From Promethearchaeota archaeon (GTDB lineage: Archaea; Asgardarchaeota; Lokiarchaeia; Sigyniarchaeales; SOKP01): a stretch of 64,000 bases of DNA. This document shows, in pieces, positions 9,040-19,634 of the stretch. The DNA is taken from NCBI GenBank assembly GCA_016930515.1, contig JAFGGO010000085.1, positions 8,740 to 72,739 on the forward strand. Direction: 5' to 3'. The notes below the pieces were generated by a model that was not told the origin of the DNA, ran no database searches, and saw only the letters and a program-made list of their open reading frames with translations. Position 1 is the first letter of the stretch, and every line of letters starts with the position of its first letter. Made by a program: the position numbers and the translations under genes.

Positions 9040-11448
9040 TTACCTTAGACTTTGTTCTGTCCGGGCTATGATGTGATCCTGTAAACCTGACGATAAGTCT
9101 ACGAAATAAGCGCTAAATCCTGCAACTCGCACGATGAGGTCGCTGTACTGTTCTGGTTGGGCCTTTGCTTGTAATAGGGTTTCTTTATCGACGATATTAA
9201 ACTGGATGTGTGGGATGTTTAGCGCTTTCCATGTTTTTAGGTAGCTGAGAAACATTGGCTTCAAATCATCTTCCAAGAACTTGGGGAGGAACTTTTGATT
9301 GAGCAAGTGATTATATGTGTCCACGGTGCTAATCTTGGAAACTGACTTTAATACTGCTGTGGGGCCTTTCTTGTCTCTTCCTGGTGCTGGTGCTAAAGTA
9401 GAATCTGCAAACGGCTCGCCATCGTATCGACCATCGGGGGTAGCTGGAGTGTCGTTGGCCAATCCGTATGTGGCAGATACAGCGCTCCCGTCGCCTCTAT
9501 GCGAATGTCCGAATGGATCTTTAACTAATTCCATGGCTGCTTCGCCTCGAGCTTGCACTTCTCGAGCGATTAAATCGGCGTAATCGTCGTCGTTACCGAA
9601 TTTTGGAGCATCAAGACAAGCTTGTCGCACCTCTTCACGGCCTTCCCAATTGTTGTCTATGATCTTTATTAACTCAGGAAGGGTGACTTTCTTATCTTCA
9701 AAAACAACTTTTCTAATAGCAGTGATGGCGTCTGCCACGTTCGTGCCTCCAATAACCTGTGAGAAATGGTGGATCATCGAGTCGTAAACCCACTTACGAC
9801 ATTCCTTCCCTTGCTCGATGCAACCGTCTAAAATTGCCGAATAAAAGGGCCGGGGGGCGTATTTTGCTAAGAGCTCGTTGTTGATTCGCTCGAGGTGTTC
9901 TATCTTGCCCATAAAGAAGTTCACCTGCTCGGCGTAGGCATCAAGCACGTCTTCCCACCTTTCGAAAGTTGCGGGATCTCGAGTTTTGGCTCCGTGTTGC
10001 TCGCCTGTTTCTGGATTAATTCCTTGATGAAGCGCCCACCACAAGCATTTCGGCAATACAAAATACCCTACCGATCGGCGAACGATATTCTTTCCGGGAA
10101 TCTCGATGTAAACGCACCCAGATACTGCGTATTGCTTGGCATCGTGCGTTGGAACGCCCCATCGTTCGTAAAGGGGAATCAACGCCTCGTCGTTAAATAA
10201 AGAGGGATAACCAATACCAGTTTTAATGACCTCGATCGCCTTGGAATATACATCGTCGGGAGTTCCTTCGTGGATCCTCAATGCAATGCTCGGTTCTATA
10301 ATTTTTAACGATTTAGCCGCTTCCATGGTCAAATAAGTCAGGTCGTTCGTCACATCGTTGCCATTTTCATCCGTTCCACCAATGGTAACTGCCTGCAAAG
10401 ACGCCACGCCTCCATATACGGAACTTACAGTTGGAGAATACACCAAACCGAGTTCATTGAGTTTGATCCAAAGCAATTGCAGAATTCCTAGTGTCTCTTC
10501 CTTAGTGATGCGCCCTTCTTTCAAATCCATTTCGTAATAAGGTCCAAAAATTTTATCGATTCGGATACCGATCCCCAATGTGGAATATTCAAGATAACGC
10601 ACGAGGTGAATGAAATAAAAAAATTGGACAGCTTCGATAAACGTCCTTGGTGGGTTGGCAGGAACCCTTTGGCAAGTCTCGGCAATCTCTTCGAGAACCC
10701 TTTTGCGTGGGCCATTTTCCTGCTGTTCAGAAGTCTTTTTAGCTAAAACAGCGTAGCGATTTGCAAAATAGATTACTGCTTCCAATGATATGATCGCTGC
10801 TTGGAGAAAATCTTTCTGTTCCATGTAATCCCCAGGGATTTCTTGGTCCAATTCGGATATCTTGTCTTTAATTTTTGAAATTAAACCATTTAATCCCAAC
10901 TTGAATAATTTTTCGTAATTTGGAATGCCCAACTCGGAAAGTTGACTCCAGAGAAAGGTTCCCTCGTAGATCCAATATTTTTTCAAATCCTCAGGTATTA
11001 TTGCTTTATGGCGGTCGCTTATTGCTTTATCTTTCCAATACGCGCAAAGCTCGTCTAATTCTTTTCTTCCCTCTTCGTCAAGTAATGACTGTCCAGCTTC
11101 GCTGTTTACCAAGCGTTGTGGTGATTTCCAATTCTGTTCGATTGGATGAAAAATCCCGTTTGGGTCCGCTGTCTGATATCCAACGATTCTTTCGTATTCT
11201 CGGATGAAGATGTCCATGTTGTTTAGGATATTGGCCAAGGCCTTAGCTCGTCGTAGAACCATTGACTCTCCTTCTGTTTCCTTGTAAGATTCTGTCATCA
11301 ACCTTGATCTCTGTAAATCCAGACGAATCTCAGGTCGAAACATTCCGCGCTTAGAATCATCGTCAACATTACCTCGCTTAATGTTGCGAATGGCGCGGCT
11401 AACGACCTTTTTCCGAAGCTCTTTGGGCGCTAGATTTTGCACTTGCAT
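9040..11448 (-). CDS. Glycyl radical enzyme (PFL2/GRE superfamily), substrate unknown
   Basis: C-terminal RVAGFSAYF glycyl motif, SGCVY Cys loop, PKFGNDD, TPDGR. Confidence 0.95.
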   Translation of the reverse strand: MQVQNLAPKELRKKVVSRAIRNIKRGNVDDDSKRGMFRPEIRLDLQRSRLMTESYKETEGESMVLRRAKALANILNNMDIFIREYERIVGYQTADPNGIFHPIEQNWKSPQRLVNSEAGQSLLDEEGRKELDELCAYWKDKAISDRHKAIIPEDLKKYWIYEGTFLWSQLSELGIPNYEKLFKLGLNGLISKIKDKISELDQEIPGDYMEQKDFLQAAIISLEAVIYFANRYAVLAKKTSEQQENGPRKRVLEEIAETCQRVPANPPRTFIEAVQFFYFIHLVRYLEYSTLGIGIRIDKIFGPYYEMDLKEGRITKEETLGILQLLWIKLNELGLVYSPTVSSVYGGVASLQAVTIGGTDENGNDVTNDLTYLTMEAAKSLKIIEPSIALRIHEGTPDDVYSKAIEVIKTGIGYPSLFNDEALIPLYERWGVPTHDAKQYAVSGCVYIEIPGKNIVRRSVGYFVLPKCLWWALHQGINPETGEQHGAKTRDPATFERWEDVLDAYAEQVNFFMGKIEHLERINNELLAKYAPRPFYSAILDGCIEQGKECRKWVYDSMIHHFSQVIGGTNVADAITAIRKVVFEDKKVTLPELIKIIDNNWEGREEVRQACLDAPKFGNDDDYADLIAREVQARGEAAMELVKDPFGHSHRGDGSAVSATYGLANDTPATPDGRYDGEPFADSTLAPAPGRDKKGPTAVLKSVSKISTVDTYNHLLNQKFLPKFLEDDLKPMFLSYLKTWKALNIPHIQFNIVDKETLLQAKAQPEQYSDLIVRVAGFSAYFVDLSSGLQDHIIARTEQSLR

Positions 11449-11495
11449 AATATTAACCTCTGGATAGTATAAATCCCAATTGTTTTAAAATTTTT

Positions 11496-11508
11496 TTAAC
11501 AGTGTTAA
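11496..11508. promoter_or_regulatory. Palindrome TTAACA-G-TGTTAA upstream of the GRE operon, possible operator
   Basis: Perfect 6-1-6 inverted repeat about 50 bp upstream of the GRE start. Confidence 0.3.
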
Positions 11509-11628
11509 CTTTGCATAATATGGTTCTAAGGAATGATTTATTATCCTGAATTATGAGAACATTTAAAAATTTATTTGAATATTAAAGCGCTATTTATCAT
11601 TTTGGCTAAAATAATTAACTTAAATGAT

Positions 11629-12423
11629 TTAATCAGGTGGTACAGTATGATAAAGTATGACATTTCGCTGCCAATCCCGAATGACCAGTGCCCAGATTTC
11701 GGGCTCATTCACTTCATTCCCCTTTTTCAGTCGCCCTCGTTTTCTCCCTAGAGCCTCCGTGAATTCGTCGATGTTCGTAAAAGATACATCATATGCTTCT
11801 TTCAGTTTTTCAGGGGTTGCTCGGTTATAAATCTCCTCAAAGACTGCTTGTGAGTTCTTGATCTTGCTGACCTTGATGGCTCCCTTGAGCGCTAAGCTTA
11901 TTTCGTCTTCTGTCTCGTCGTAGGGCACGACACCTGGTGTGTCAAGAAGGTAGGTGTTGCTCCATCCAGGAAGTTTTAAAAGTTGGAGTCCTCGCGTGGA
12001 ACCCGCTTCGGATGATTTTTGGGCGGTTTTTTTCTGCTTGAGAAGCGCTGTAATGATGCTACTCTTGCCTGTATTTGGATATCCTACTACAAGGATTTTA
12101 TTAACTGATTCTGGATCTCTATAACGTAAGATCTGGGATTTGAGAAAATTAATGCCGTCTTTCTTGAGCGCGGAGGCGTAAAAACAGAGGAAACCACGCT
12201 TTTGGAAATAATGAAGCCAAGATTGAAGAATATCCGGAGTTATCAAGTCCGCTTTGTTGAGAACGAGGATAAATCTCTTGCTCGGGCATTTCTGACGAAT
12301 ATACTCCTCTATCGCAAGGGGATATGTTCCCTCGGGATCGCGAGCGTCCAAAACCACGAGTACAATTGTTGCATGTGTCTTGATTGCATTAAAGATATCG
12401 CTCCAAGCTTTAGGGGTTTTCAT
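11629..12423 (-). CDS. Circularly permuted GTPase, YlqF/RbgA/Nug1-like (ribosome biogenesis)
   Basis: DARDP, NKADL (G4) preceding GYPNTGKS (G1) and DTPG (G3). Confidence 0.92.
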   Translation of the reverse strand: MKTPKAWSDIFNAIKTHATIVLVVLDARDPEGTYPLAIEEYIRQKCPSKRFILVLNKADLITPDILQSWLHYFQKRGFLCFYASALKKDGINFLKSQILRYRDPESVNKILVVGYPNTGKSSIITALLKQKKTAQKSSEAGSTRGLQLLKLPGWSNTYLLDTPGVVPYDETEDEISLALKGAIKVSKIKNSQAVFEEIYNRATPEKLKEAYDVSFTNIDEFTEALGRKRGRLKKGNEVNEPEIWALVIRDWQRNVILYHTVPPD

Positions 12424-12706
12424 GACAAATCGCTCGATTTAAATGAGTTCAATAAACGCGAGTTAATTGTAAGGAAGAACTCGCAAGATGGTTCACCAGA
12501 GAAATTAAATTTGCCAAGAGCAAAAAAGTTTTCTAAGGAAAATATCAAATACTATGTAGAGATAACAAAAAGTTTAAATAATTATTGGTATTATATACAC
12601 TACTAACCATCCAACTCTCAAGTTCCATGGTTAAGTTTTCCCAATTGAGTCGGAAGGTTATTTTATTAATTTTAAATCACATAGGATCAATTATGGTCAT
12701 TCAAAA

Positions 12707-14146
12707 ATGAAAACACTGTTAATATATCCTCCCTTTCCCTACGGAAAAGGAATGGGATCGATAATCTGTAGCCCTCCATTGAATTTATTATTATTGGCAG
12801 GGGCTGTTCCCGAACATGAGGTAGATGTCCTTGATTTGAATGTGAATAAATCATATGGATTCAATAAGATGGAAGAAAAATTCGGAAATTACGATTTAAT
12901 TGGTGTCACGTGCATGTCTTCCACTTTAAGATTAGTTTTACAGATCTGTAGTATTGCAAAGAAAAAAGGAATTCCCACTCTCGTAGGTGGATTTCATCCT
13001 TCATTGGATCCACAAGTAATCGAAGATCACGATTGTATTGACATGATCGTCAGGGGAGAAGGCGAAGAAACCTTTAGAGAACTCTTAAATGGAAAACCAA
13101 AACCAGAAATATTAGGACTTTCTTATCGAGAAAACGGAACGGTACATCACAACCCCGATCGACCGTTCCTCAAGAATTTAAACGAATTACCGCTTTCCCG
13201 AAACGAACTTATCAATCCGCAACCCTATCACTATTTATGGCTTCCGGCGTGGGTTATCGAGACATCAAGAGGGTGTTCTTTCCAATGCGATTTTTGTTGC
13301 GTCAATCAATTTTACAATTGGACTTACCGAACCAAAACTCCAGAACGGGTTATTCAAGAATTATATCAAGTTCCCTCCGATGTTAAATTAATCTTCTTTG
13401 CGGACGATAATTTCACCTTAAATAAAAAAAGAGTATTTCGCATCTGCGAACTAATTAAAAAAACCCGCCTCAATAAAAAATTTTTGTTTGTATGTCAAGC
13501 AAGGGTTGCAGATTTGGCAGATCACCCGGATATGGCTCGCGAAATGCACGAAAGCGGGTTTGTTTGCGTTTTTCTGGGTGTTGAAAGCCTGAAGCAAATG
13601 GCGTTAGATCGCATGAATAAAGGGTACTCTCTTGAAAAAATTATTAGCTGCGTTGATAACTGCCATAAAAACGGAATTTTAGTCTTCGGCTCGTTTATTA
13701 TCGGGAATATTGGGGAAACGGAAAAAGATACCAGAAAAACTTTTAAAATGATGAAATTGCTTGATTTTGATTTTATCATGACGATGCCAATTACGCCTTT
13801 TCCCGGAACTAACCTAACGAAAGAAGCCATGGAAAAAGGTTGGATGGAAAAGGATTTCACATGGGCAGATAGAAAGATTGGCGAGTCAATACCAATCATG
13901 AAGACGCCAGATCTAACGAGAAAAAAAATTCAAGAATTACTATCAGAGAGCTATCGATCTTTTTACAACGATATAAAATATTTCATCAAAAAATTCGCCT
14001 TTCCCAGCGGAACGATCAGCAGGAACTCAAAAAGTTTTAAATGGACGAGGAAATACGCCTTCAAATTTATTAAAAACGGACTTACTCGTTTCGTGTTTCG
14101 TTTGGAAACCATCGTGGACGAAGTGTACGAAAAAGCAGAAACATGA
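12707..14146 (+). CDS. Cobalamin-binding radical SAM protein
   Basis: N-terminal B12-binding domain (GGFHPS, GEGE), SRGCSFQCDFC, DDNF, GVES. Confidence 0.92.
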   Translation: MKTLLIYPPFPYGKGMGSIICSPPLNLLLLAGAVPEHEVDVLDLNVNKSYGFNKMEEKFGNYDLIGVTCMSSTLRLVLQICSIAKKKGIPTLVGGFHPSLDPQVIEDHDCIDMIVRGEGEETFRELLNGKPKPEILGLSYRENGTVHHNPDRPFLKNLNELPLSRNELINPQPYHYLWLPAWVIETSRGCSFQCDFCCVNQFYNWTYRTKTPERVIQELYQVPSDVKLIFFADDNFTLNKKRVFRICELIKKTRLNKKFLFVCQARVADLADHPDMAREMHESGFVCVFLGVESLKQMALDRMNKGYSLEKIISCVDNCHKNGILVFGSFIIGNIGETEKDTRKTFKMMKLLDFDFIMTMPITPFPGTNLTKEAMEKGWMEKDFTWADRKIGESIPIMKTPDLTRKKIQELLSESYRSFYNDIKYFIKKFAFPSGTISRNSKSFKWTRKYAFKFIKNGLTRFVFRLETIVDEVYEKAET

Positions 14147-14147
14147 A

Positions 14148-14159
14148 TTTTTTTTTTTT
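14148..14159 (+). terminator. Oligo(dT) archaeal terminator
   Basis: Run of 12 T immediately after the radical SAM stop codon. Confidence 0.5.
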
Positions 14160-14313
14160 AATTCTCTCATTATATTTAATATTTATATTCTCGTTTATTA
14201 AGCATAAAACATATAGAAGAGAATAATAAAATAGAGTAAAATTTAATAATACAATTCGACAAAAATAGTTTTTGTAATATCACTCACTTTTGATGGAAAT
14301 TGTTATGATACAA

Positions 14314-14708
14314 TTATGATTTTAGAACATCGAAATAAATCATCAAATTAAATAGCATTCCTGCCACTATAGTGAACACATAAGATAATAATTCGATAAA
14401 GATATTTCTCGAAATTGCGGCCGTAAGGGATCCAAGAGTAATTAAGATGGATTGCAAGAGGAACAAAATCTCATATTTCTAGTTTTTTTCGATCTTCGGT
14501 TTGCCTTCCTTTGACCCAAAATATCAAGCCAGTAATCATAAATGCAGATATCATGATCCGCTAAAATGAATGTATTAGCTATAGGAGCGTACGAAAAAAG
14601 CATTGCGAGTAAGAACCAGCTATAATAAGGGGTGAAACTTATAATTTTTATATCTATAAACAAGTAAAATTCCAATGCATATAAGCAAACTAACACTGAT
14701 AATTCCAA
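14314..14708 (-). pseudogene. Frameshifted membrane-protein remnant
   Basis: Hydrophobic segments continue across frames (MISAFMITGLIFWVKGR..., ...LITLGSLTAAISRNIFIELLSYVFTIVAGMLFNLMIYFDVLKS*). Confidence 0.4.
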
Positions 14709-14869
14709 TTATAACTCTCGTTAAAAGAATAGGATCTGTCTTAATAATTACTATATTGTCTGGTTTTGAAACTTAGGAATCAACTTTATTTTATATACAT
14801 CCATTGATAAATGTTAATATTTTGACTCATATTTCTACTAACGATAAATAATGGAAAAATATAATTCAA

Positions 14870-15304
14870 TCATGTGCCACTATATAAATCGTTATAAGCG
14901 CTCCCGTTTCCTAAAGCAACAAGGTTAAAGTAGTGCATCGCATCCTCTATTAATTTCTTTAACGCTTTAAGTTTATCCTTTGCAGGAGCATCAACAGTAT
15001 ACGATCCGTAATCTGGAACTTTAATTCCTCCGCAATTGTAAACCCTTGCTTCGCTTTCCACCTTTCCAATACCATATTCTTCCCAGTTTTGAGTGTATCC
15101 CCTAAATGTGAGTTCGATTTTCTTCATGGCGTGAATTTCTTCGCACCTTGACACGAATAATGCCTTAACAGCTAAATCAGAAACGCATTTTTTGACGAAT
15201 TTCAACACGCTAAGATATAAGATTTCGTAGAGATCGTAATCAACATTATCAATCAAGTCGTTGCATTCCTCTAAATACTTTCTGGCTTCTTGTAGCTCTC
15301 TCAT
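14870..15304 (-). CDS. Hypothetical protein
   Basis: 144 aa ORF with protein-like composition; no family recognised. Confidence 0.55.
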   Translation of the reverse strand: MRELQEARKYLEECNDLIDNVDYDLYEILYLSVLKFVKKCVSDLAVKALFVSRCEEIHAMKKIELTFRGYTQNWEEYGIGKVESEARVYNCGGIKVPDYGSYTVDAPAKDKLKALKKLIEDAMHYFNLVALGNGSAYNDLYSGT

Positions 15305-15666
15305 CTCATTCCATTAAGTGAATATCGCATTTACCCTCGGTTATTATGATCATAATTTGTGTTTTGCATATATTAGTGTTTCGTAAAAGGAGTAAAAAAA
15401 AGAATTTTATTAAGAGAATCTTTCAAGTTGATGCTAATCGTTAAGATCGATGCAAGGATTGTTTTTGTCTCGAAACTTATCTAAACAACTTTATTTCTCG
15501 ATTTAGAGCTTTATTTCATACCAAGATTAAAAGAAATATCGTTCCGAGAGCAAAAAATAATTCCAAAAATTATTGATTAATAATATTTTAATGATTTATC
15601 TTGAATGAAAAACATTTTTTTTGTTCAATTCTTTTCGATATAGAAACAGGATGTGATAATTTTAAC

Positions 15667-16404
15667 TTGACCATTCCAAGCTATATTGAAAAGGCTAATG
15701 TCATGGATGTTAATATCTATCACATTTGGGAAGATTATATTGATTTAGAGGATCTCATTGGACCTGTAGAAAAAGAACTGATCGAACGAATTCAAAAACT
15801 CTCGAGAAGAGCGGCTTATTCCTTGCTTCTTGCATCCTCAGAATGGATCTTTCATCGCTTCGATCTTATTATCGACGACGCCCTGCCGCTCCACGCGATC
15901 GAGGTGAATTGGGCACAAGTCGTTGACAAGCACTACGCCATTCGATGGTATGCGTTTGAAAGAAAAGAAATGTTAGGTCCAGTGCGAGGTCCCTTATGGG
16001 ATGCAATAATCATTGTAATGGATGAGGGAGATATACTTTGGTACGATCAAGACCAATCCTTTTATGTGGGTAGAATGCTCAAACTCGCAGAGCACGTGAT
16101 TCCAAACAAGAAGATATTTATCGAATGGAGGAATGCTGTTATGAATCGCCTTTTGGTGTCATTTCCTCTCTCAAAGGAAGATCCGTTTGGTCCTCCCGTA
16201 CCTCGTGAAGCTTTTGATCCGGAGCGAGCGTTCGATCTAAGTGAGATCGAATCCTTGATAAACAATTACCTGGAACAACTCGATCCTGAAGATAACGATT
16301 TTCTCAACACGCCTGATGAGATGATCCAAGCTGGATTTGAAGGAACGCCGTGTATTTTTAATTTAAAGCAAGATTTCGAATGGAGAACAAAATTAAATCT
16401 TTAA
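15667..16404 (+). CDS. Hypothetical protein (acidic, Trp-rich)
   Basis: Long ORF; TTG 15667 is a plausible start; no family recognised. Confidence 0.7.
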   Translation: MTIPSYIEKANVMDVNIYHIWEDYIDLEDLIGPVEKELIERIQKLSRRAAYSLLLASSEWIFHRFDLIIDDALPLHAIEVNWAQVVDKHYAIRWYAFERKEMLGPVRGPLWDAIIIVMDEGDILWYDQDQSFYVGRMLKLAEHVIPNKKIFIEWRNAVMNRLLVSFPLSKEDPFGPPVPREAFDPERAFDLSEIESLINNYLEQLDPEDNDFLNTPDEMIQAGFEGTPCIFNLKQDFEWRTKLNL

Positions 16405-16661
16405 GGTGCCTGTTACCATTGAAAATCGACTTACACGGATTGGAATTGATTGGAGCAAAAGAAGAACTTGCTCTTCAGCTTGAAGAATGCCAAGTTATGG
16501 GCGTGAAAGAAGTTATAATAATTCACGGATATCAACACGGTCAGATATTAAAAAATTACATTCGCTCGGAAAGATTTTTAGAAGAAATGCGAAAAGAAGG
16601 GTTGAAATTAAAAAGAAAAAGATTCGTAAATCTTGGAGAAACTGCTTTTTATTTGCTCTAA
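16380..16661 (+). CDS. Stand-alone Smr (small MutS-related) domain protein
   Basis: IDLHGL and IIIHGYQHG..LK, ending NLGET. Confidence 0.85.
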   Translation: MENKIKSLRCLLPLKIDLHGLELIGAKEELALQLEECQVMGVKEVIIIHGYQHGQILKNYIRSERFLEEMRKEGLKLKRKRFVNLGETAFYLL

Positions 16662-16666
16662 AGGTG

Positions 16667-17557
16667 CTAATTTTTTTTATGTTGGTTCACTGGAGTATTG
16701 TCTTCTCTCTCGTTTTTATTATTTTGAGTAAAAATGGGAATTATGTTGTCAATTTTTAGCGTGGAGAAAATTGCTTGATTGTTAGCGTGGCTTGAATCGA
16801 TGACTCGTTTGTGCTCTTGGTAAAATTGGTAAGTAGCATCTCGAAGTTTCTTGCGTAACTCGATGGAATTGTAATCGCATATGAGTATACCCGTGATACC
16901 TTTATAGGTCTCGAGTAAAATGGAGCGCTTGTCTTTTTGGATGTTACGCATTTTACCGGATCTTTTTATGACCTCGTTAGTCATCATTGAGATGGTGGTT
17001 AAAGCTCCTCCGTAGATGTCAATTAAGTCGCGATCGATCTTGTCATTTAAATTCTCGCGAAACACGTGACGTGAAATGATGGTGCTGTTGTAATTGTCCA
17101 TGAACAATATTATCTGAGGTTTTGCTTTTCTGAAATACGTGTTGTTCCACATCATTACGTCCCTAGTGGATATGACTCCTGCGGGTTTTCCCTTGCTTTC
17201 GATGAGTACTCGCTTGTACTTTCGTTCTGTCATAAACCTGATAACATTGTCAACTGTTTCCTCCTCATTTATCGTTTCAACAGGACCTCTCATCACATCG
17301 GTAACCGAAACATCAGCAAGATTGCCTTGATTCAATCCTTTTTTGTAAAGAAACCGTACGATATCGGCTTGTGATACTATATAATATTGTCCCTTGTTTC
17401 TTTCCGCTATAAAAACCGCTGAAATATCGTTTTCATAGATTAAAGCTACTACGTCTTTGAGTAGCGCATTGGTATCAACCATTATCACGTGAGGGGTCAT
17501 AATTTCCCGTGCAATTGCCGAATCGCTATTATTTTCTCTAATAAAAAATCCACTCAA
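16667..17557 (-). CDS. CBS-pair protein fused to a C-terminal longin-like domain
   Basis: Two CBS repeats (AREIMT, VTDVM...GVISTRDV); C-terminal DIYGGALTTISMMTNEV...ILLE...GILIC..SIELRKKL pattern. Confidence 0.8.
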   Translation of the reverse strand: MSGFFIRENNSDSAIAREIMTPHVIMVDTNALLKDVVALIYENDISAVFIAERNKGQYYIVSQADIVRFLYKKGLNQGNLADVSVTDVMRGPVETINEEETVDNVIRFMTERKYKRVLIESKGKPAGVISTRDVMMWNNTYFRKAKPQIILFMDNYNSTIISRHVFRENLNDKIDRDLIDIYGGALTTISMMTNEVIKRSGKMRNIQKDKRSILLETYKGITGILICDYNSIELRKKLRDATYQFYQEHKRVIDSSHANNQAIFSTLKIDNIIPIFTQNNKNEREDNTPVNQHKKN

Positions 17558-17817
17558 ATTGAGTTCATTTTTTTAATATTTCAATTAATAAAATCGTCCT
17601 TAATTAAAAAGATGCTCGTAAATTTCTGATGATCTTATCGAGCAGACTTGAAGTGAAAAATAACGCAAAATAACGATAAGTCTTGATATCTATTAGTATT
17701 TGAATGGTTTTAAATCACTTTAAATTATGGCTAATCATAAAACCTGCATCCACATGTAATGCTTTACATTTAATTGGCGAAATATTTTTTAAATCAAGGA
17801 TGCTACAACTATATAAC

Positions 17818-19113
17818 ATGAACCCGATTGCGATAATTGTTATTTTGGTCTTATTTTCAATCGTGATGGTGTTTTTTTCGCAAAAAAAAGTAGATTATTT
17901 CCCCATTGCGCTCGTCGTAGGTGCTGTGATAATTATATATCTATCCATGCTTGACGTTAGCGAGCAAGATATCCTTGGTTTTATTAGTTTTAAGACCTTA
18001 ATCTTCATTTTTGCGATGCAAATAGTTGTTTATTACGCAACGAAAGATCATGTTTTAGATTACATTACTATCAAGTTGATTCACGTAACGAAAGGAAATA
18101 ATCGGCTCATGTTTTATGTGATCTGTCTTTTTACGGCTTTTATTGTTGCTTTTATCGAAGACTTGACTTTATCTTTGATAATGATACCCTTGATCTATCG
18201 GGCTTGTCGCATATTAGACATTCCCGCTGGTACTTACATGATGGGTATGACAATCACGATTAACATCGGTGCTATCCTGACACCAGTGTCGAGCCTGAAA
18301 AACTTGATAATCGGCGAGGAGTTCGGATGGGGTTTTGGCGAATATTTTGCAAATATGGGCTTATTGTTCCTGATAACTCTCGTTGCCACGCTCGTGCTCT
18401 TGGATGTTTTCGTGTTGAAAAAAGAAGAAAAACCAACCAATTACAACAAACAGTTATTACTTTCAATGATTGACCCAAAAATGGTAATCCAAGACAAAAA
18501 ATATTTCTCAACAACCATAGTTGTCTTGATTTTAACTTTCGGGCTTTTATTAGTTGGAATCGAGCCCGCTCTCGTGGCTGTTCTCGCTGCGGGCATTCTC
18601 CTACTTGTTCACTATAAAGACGGTGATTATTCCGATCTTAACGAGAATATCAGCTGGAAAATCATCATCGTGTTTGCTATCCTTTTTATTCTTTCAAACT
18701 CTTTGAGCTATTTTGGGTTTTCGGGACTGATTTCTTCTGGGCTCGTAGAGCTGTCCAACAACAATATATACTTGGCCGTACTCATCACGCTCTGTGTTTC
18801 CACGCTATTGTCCGCATTTTTAGCTGGAACCCCCGTAACAATCATTTTACTCCCAATTGTATCGTCCATCGTGGTTACTGGTGGTTTTTTTCCCAATCCC
18901 ATTATTATAGCTTTCGTGAGTGGAGTGAACATGGCAGGAAACTTCCTCCCGCAGGGTTCTGCCTGCGATCTACTCACGCTCACGCTCGCAAAAAAATATG
19001 GTGTGAAGAACTTGGACTATCGGAGATTATTAAAGACGGGATCCTTATTCGCAACGCTTCATTTCTTAATAATTTTAATATATACAATGCTTTACACGCT
19101 TATTTTATTATGA
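17818..19113 (+). CDS. SLC13/ArsB/NhaD (ion transporter superfamily) permease
   Basis: About 11-12 TM, NIGAILTPVSS.KN, NMAGNFLPQGSACD. Confidence 0.85.
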   Translation: MNPIAIIVILVLFSIVMVFFSQKKVDYFPIALVVGAVIIIYLSMLDVSEQDILGFISFKTLIFIFAMQIVVYYATKDHVLDYITIKLIHVTKGNNRLMFYVICLFTAFIVAFIEDLTLSLIMIPLIYRACRILDIPAGTYMMGMTITINIGAILTPVSSLKNLIIGEEFGWGFGEYFANMGLLFLITLVATLVLLDVFVLKKEEKPTNYNKQLLLSMIDPKMVIQDKKYFSTTIVVLILTFGLLLVGIEPALVAVLAAGILLLVHYKDGDYSDLNENISWKIIIVFAILFILSNSLSYFGFSGLISSGLVELSNNNIYLAVLITLCVSTLLSAFLAGTPVTIILLPIVSSIVVTGGFFPNPIIIAFVSGVNMAGNFLPQGSACDLLTLTLAKKYGVKNLDYRRLLKTGSLFATLHFLIILIYTMLYTLILL

Positions 19114-19145
19114 TAAATGCATCACCCTTATCGAAGTGATTAACA

Positions 19146-19634
19146 TTATTCTTCGGGATTAAAAAACATCCTCCTTCCAGAATGAGCGTATTTGAAATGA
19201 TCCATGTATTTATTAATTTCGGGATGAATCTCCTTCAAATCGTCGTTCTTCAACATGTTATTAAAAATATTTTTTATCGTAATGTAAAGTTTGGGAACGA
19301 AAGTGTCTATTTGGGAAAGTTGGTAGGCAAGCTCTCTAACAGAAGAGTAATCCATGTTCAGGTTTATTTTTTTAATTTTAATTTTTTCTATGATTTTCCT
19401 TTCTAATTTCCTTCTTGAAATATTACTCCACACCAATTCATAAATGAAATAATTAACGCTCTGAACTGCTTCTGTTAATAATGCTATACCCGTAGCTAAT
19501 GCGATGCTTCCAGTAAGTGCGTATGTAGTTATTGTTCCAAGTCCAATTGTTATAGATCTATAGATCACGCTCTTGACTAAACTCTGTTTCCATTCGATTG
19601 GTTTCTCTTGCTTTTTCTTATTTATATGACTCAT
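19146..19634 (-). CDS. DUF2061-like membrane protein with soluble C-terminal extension
   Basis: KSVIYR...TGS...YFIYELVW pattern. Confidence 0.75.
   Translation of the reverse strand: MSHINKKKQEKPIEWKQSLVKSVIYRSITIGLGTITTYALTGSIALATGIALLTEAVQSVNYFIYELVWSNISRRKLERKIIEKIKIKKINLNMDYSSVRELAYQLSQIDTFVPKLYITIKNIFNNMLKNDDLKEIHPEINKYMDHFKYAHSGRRMFFNPEE

Noticed and set aside
9317-11207. Several 60-100 aa ORFs overlapping the GRE gene
   Set aside because: Shadow ORFs of a well-supported gene, with no recognisable motifs
9040-11448. Calling the GRE pyruvate formate-lyase or alkyl/benzylsuccinate synthase
   Set aside because: Lacks the PFL CC motif and no small subunits are adjacent; substrate cannot be assigned by eye
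12202-12606. 134-aa plus-strand ORF
   Set aside because: Overlaps the GTPase gene antisense and has no protein-family features
12707-14146. Assigning the B12 radical SAM protein as a GDGT ring synthase or methylase
   Set aside because: Family is large and no diagnostic features can be verified without a phylogeny
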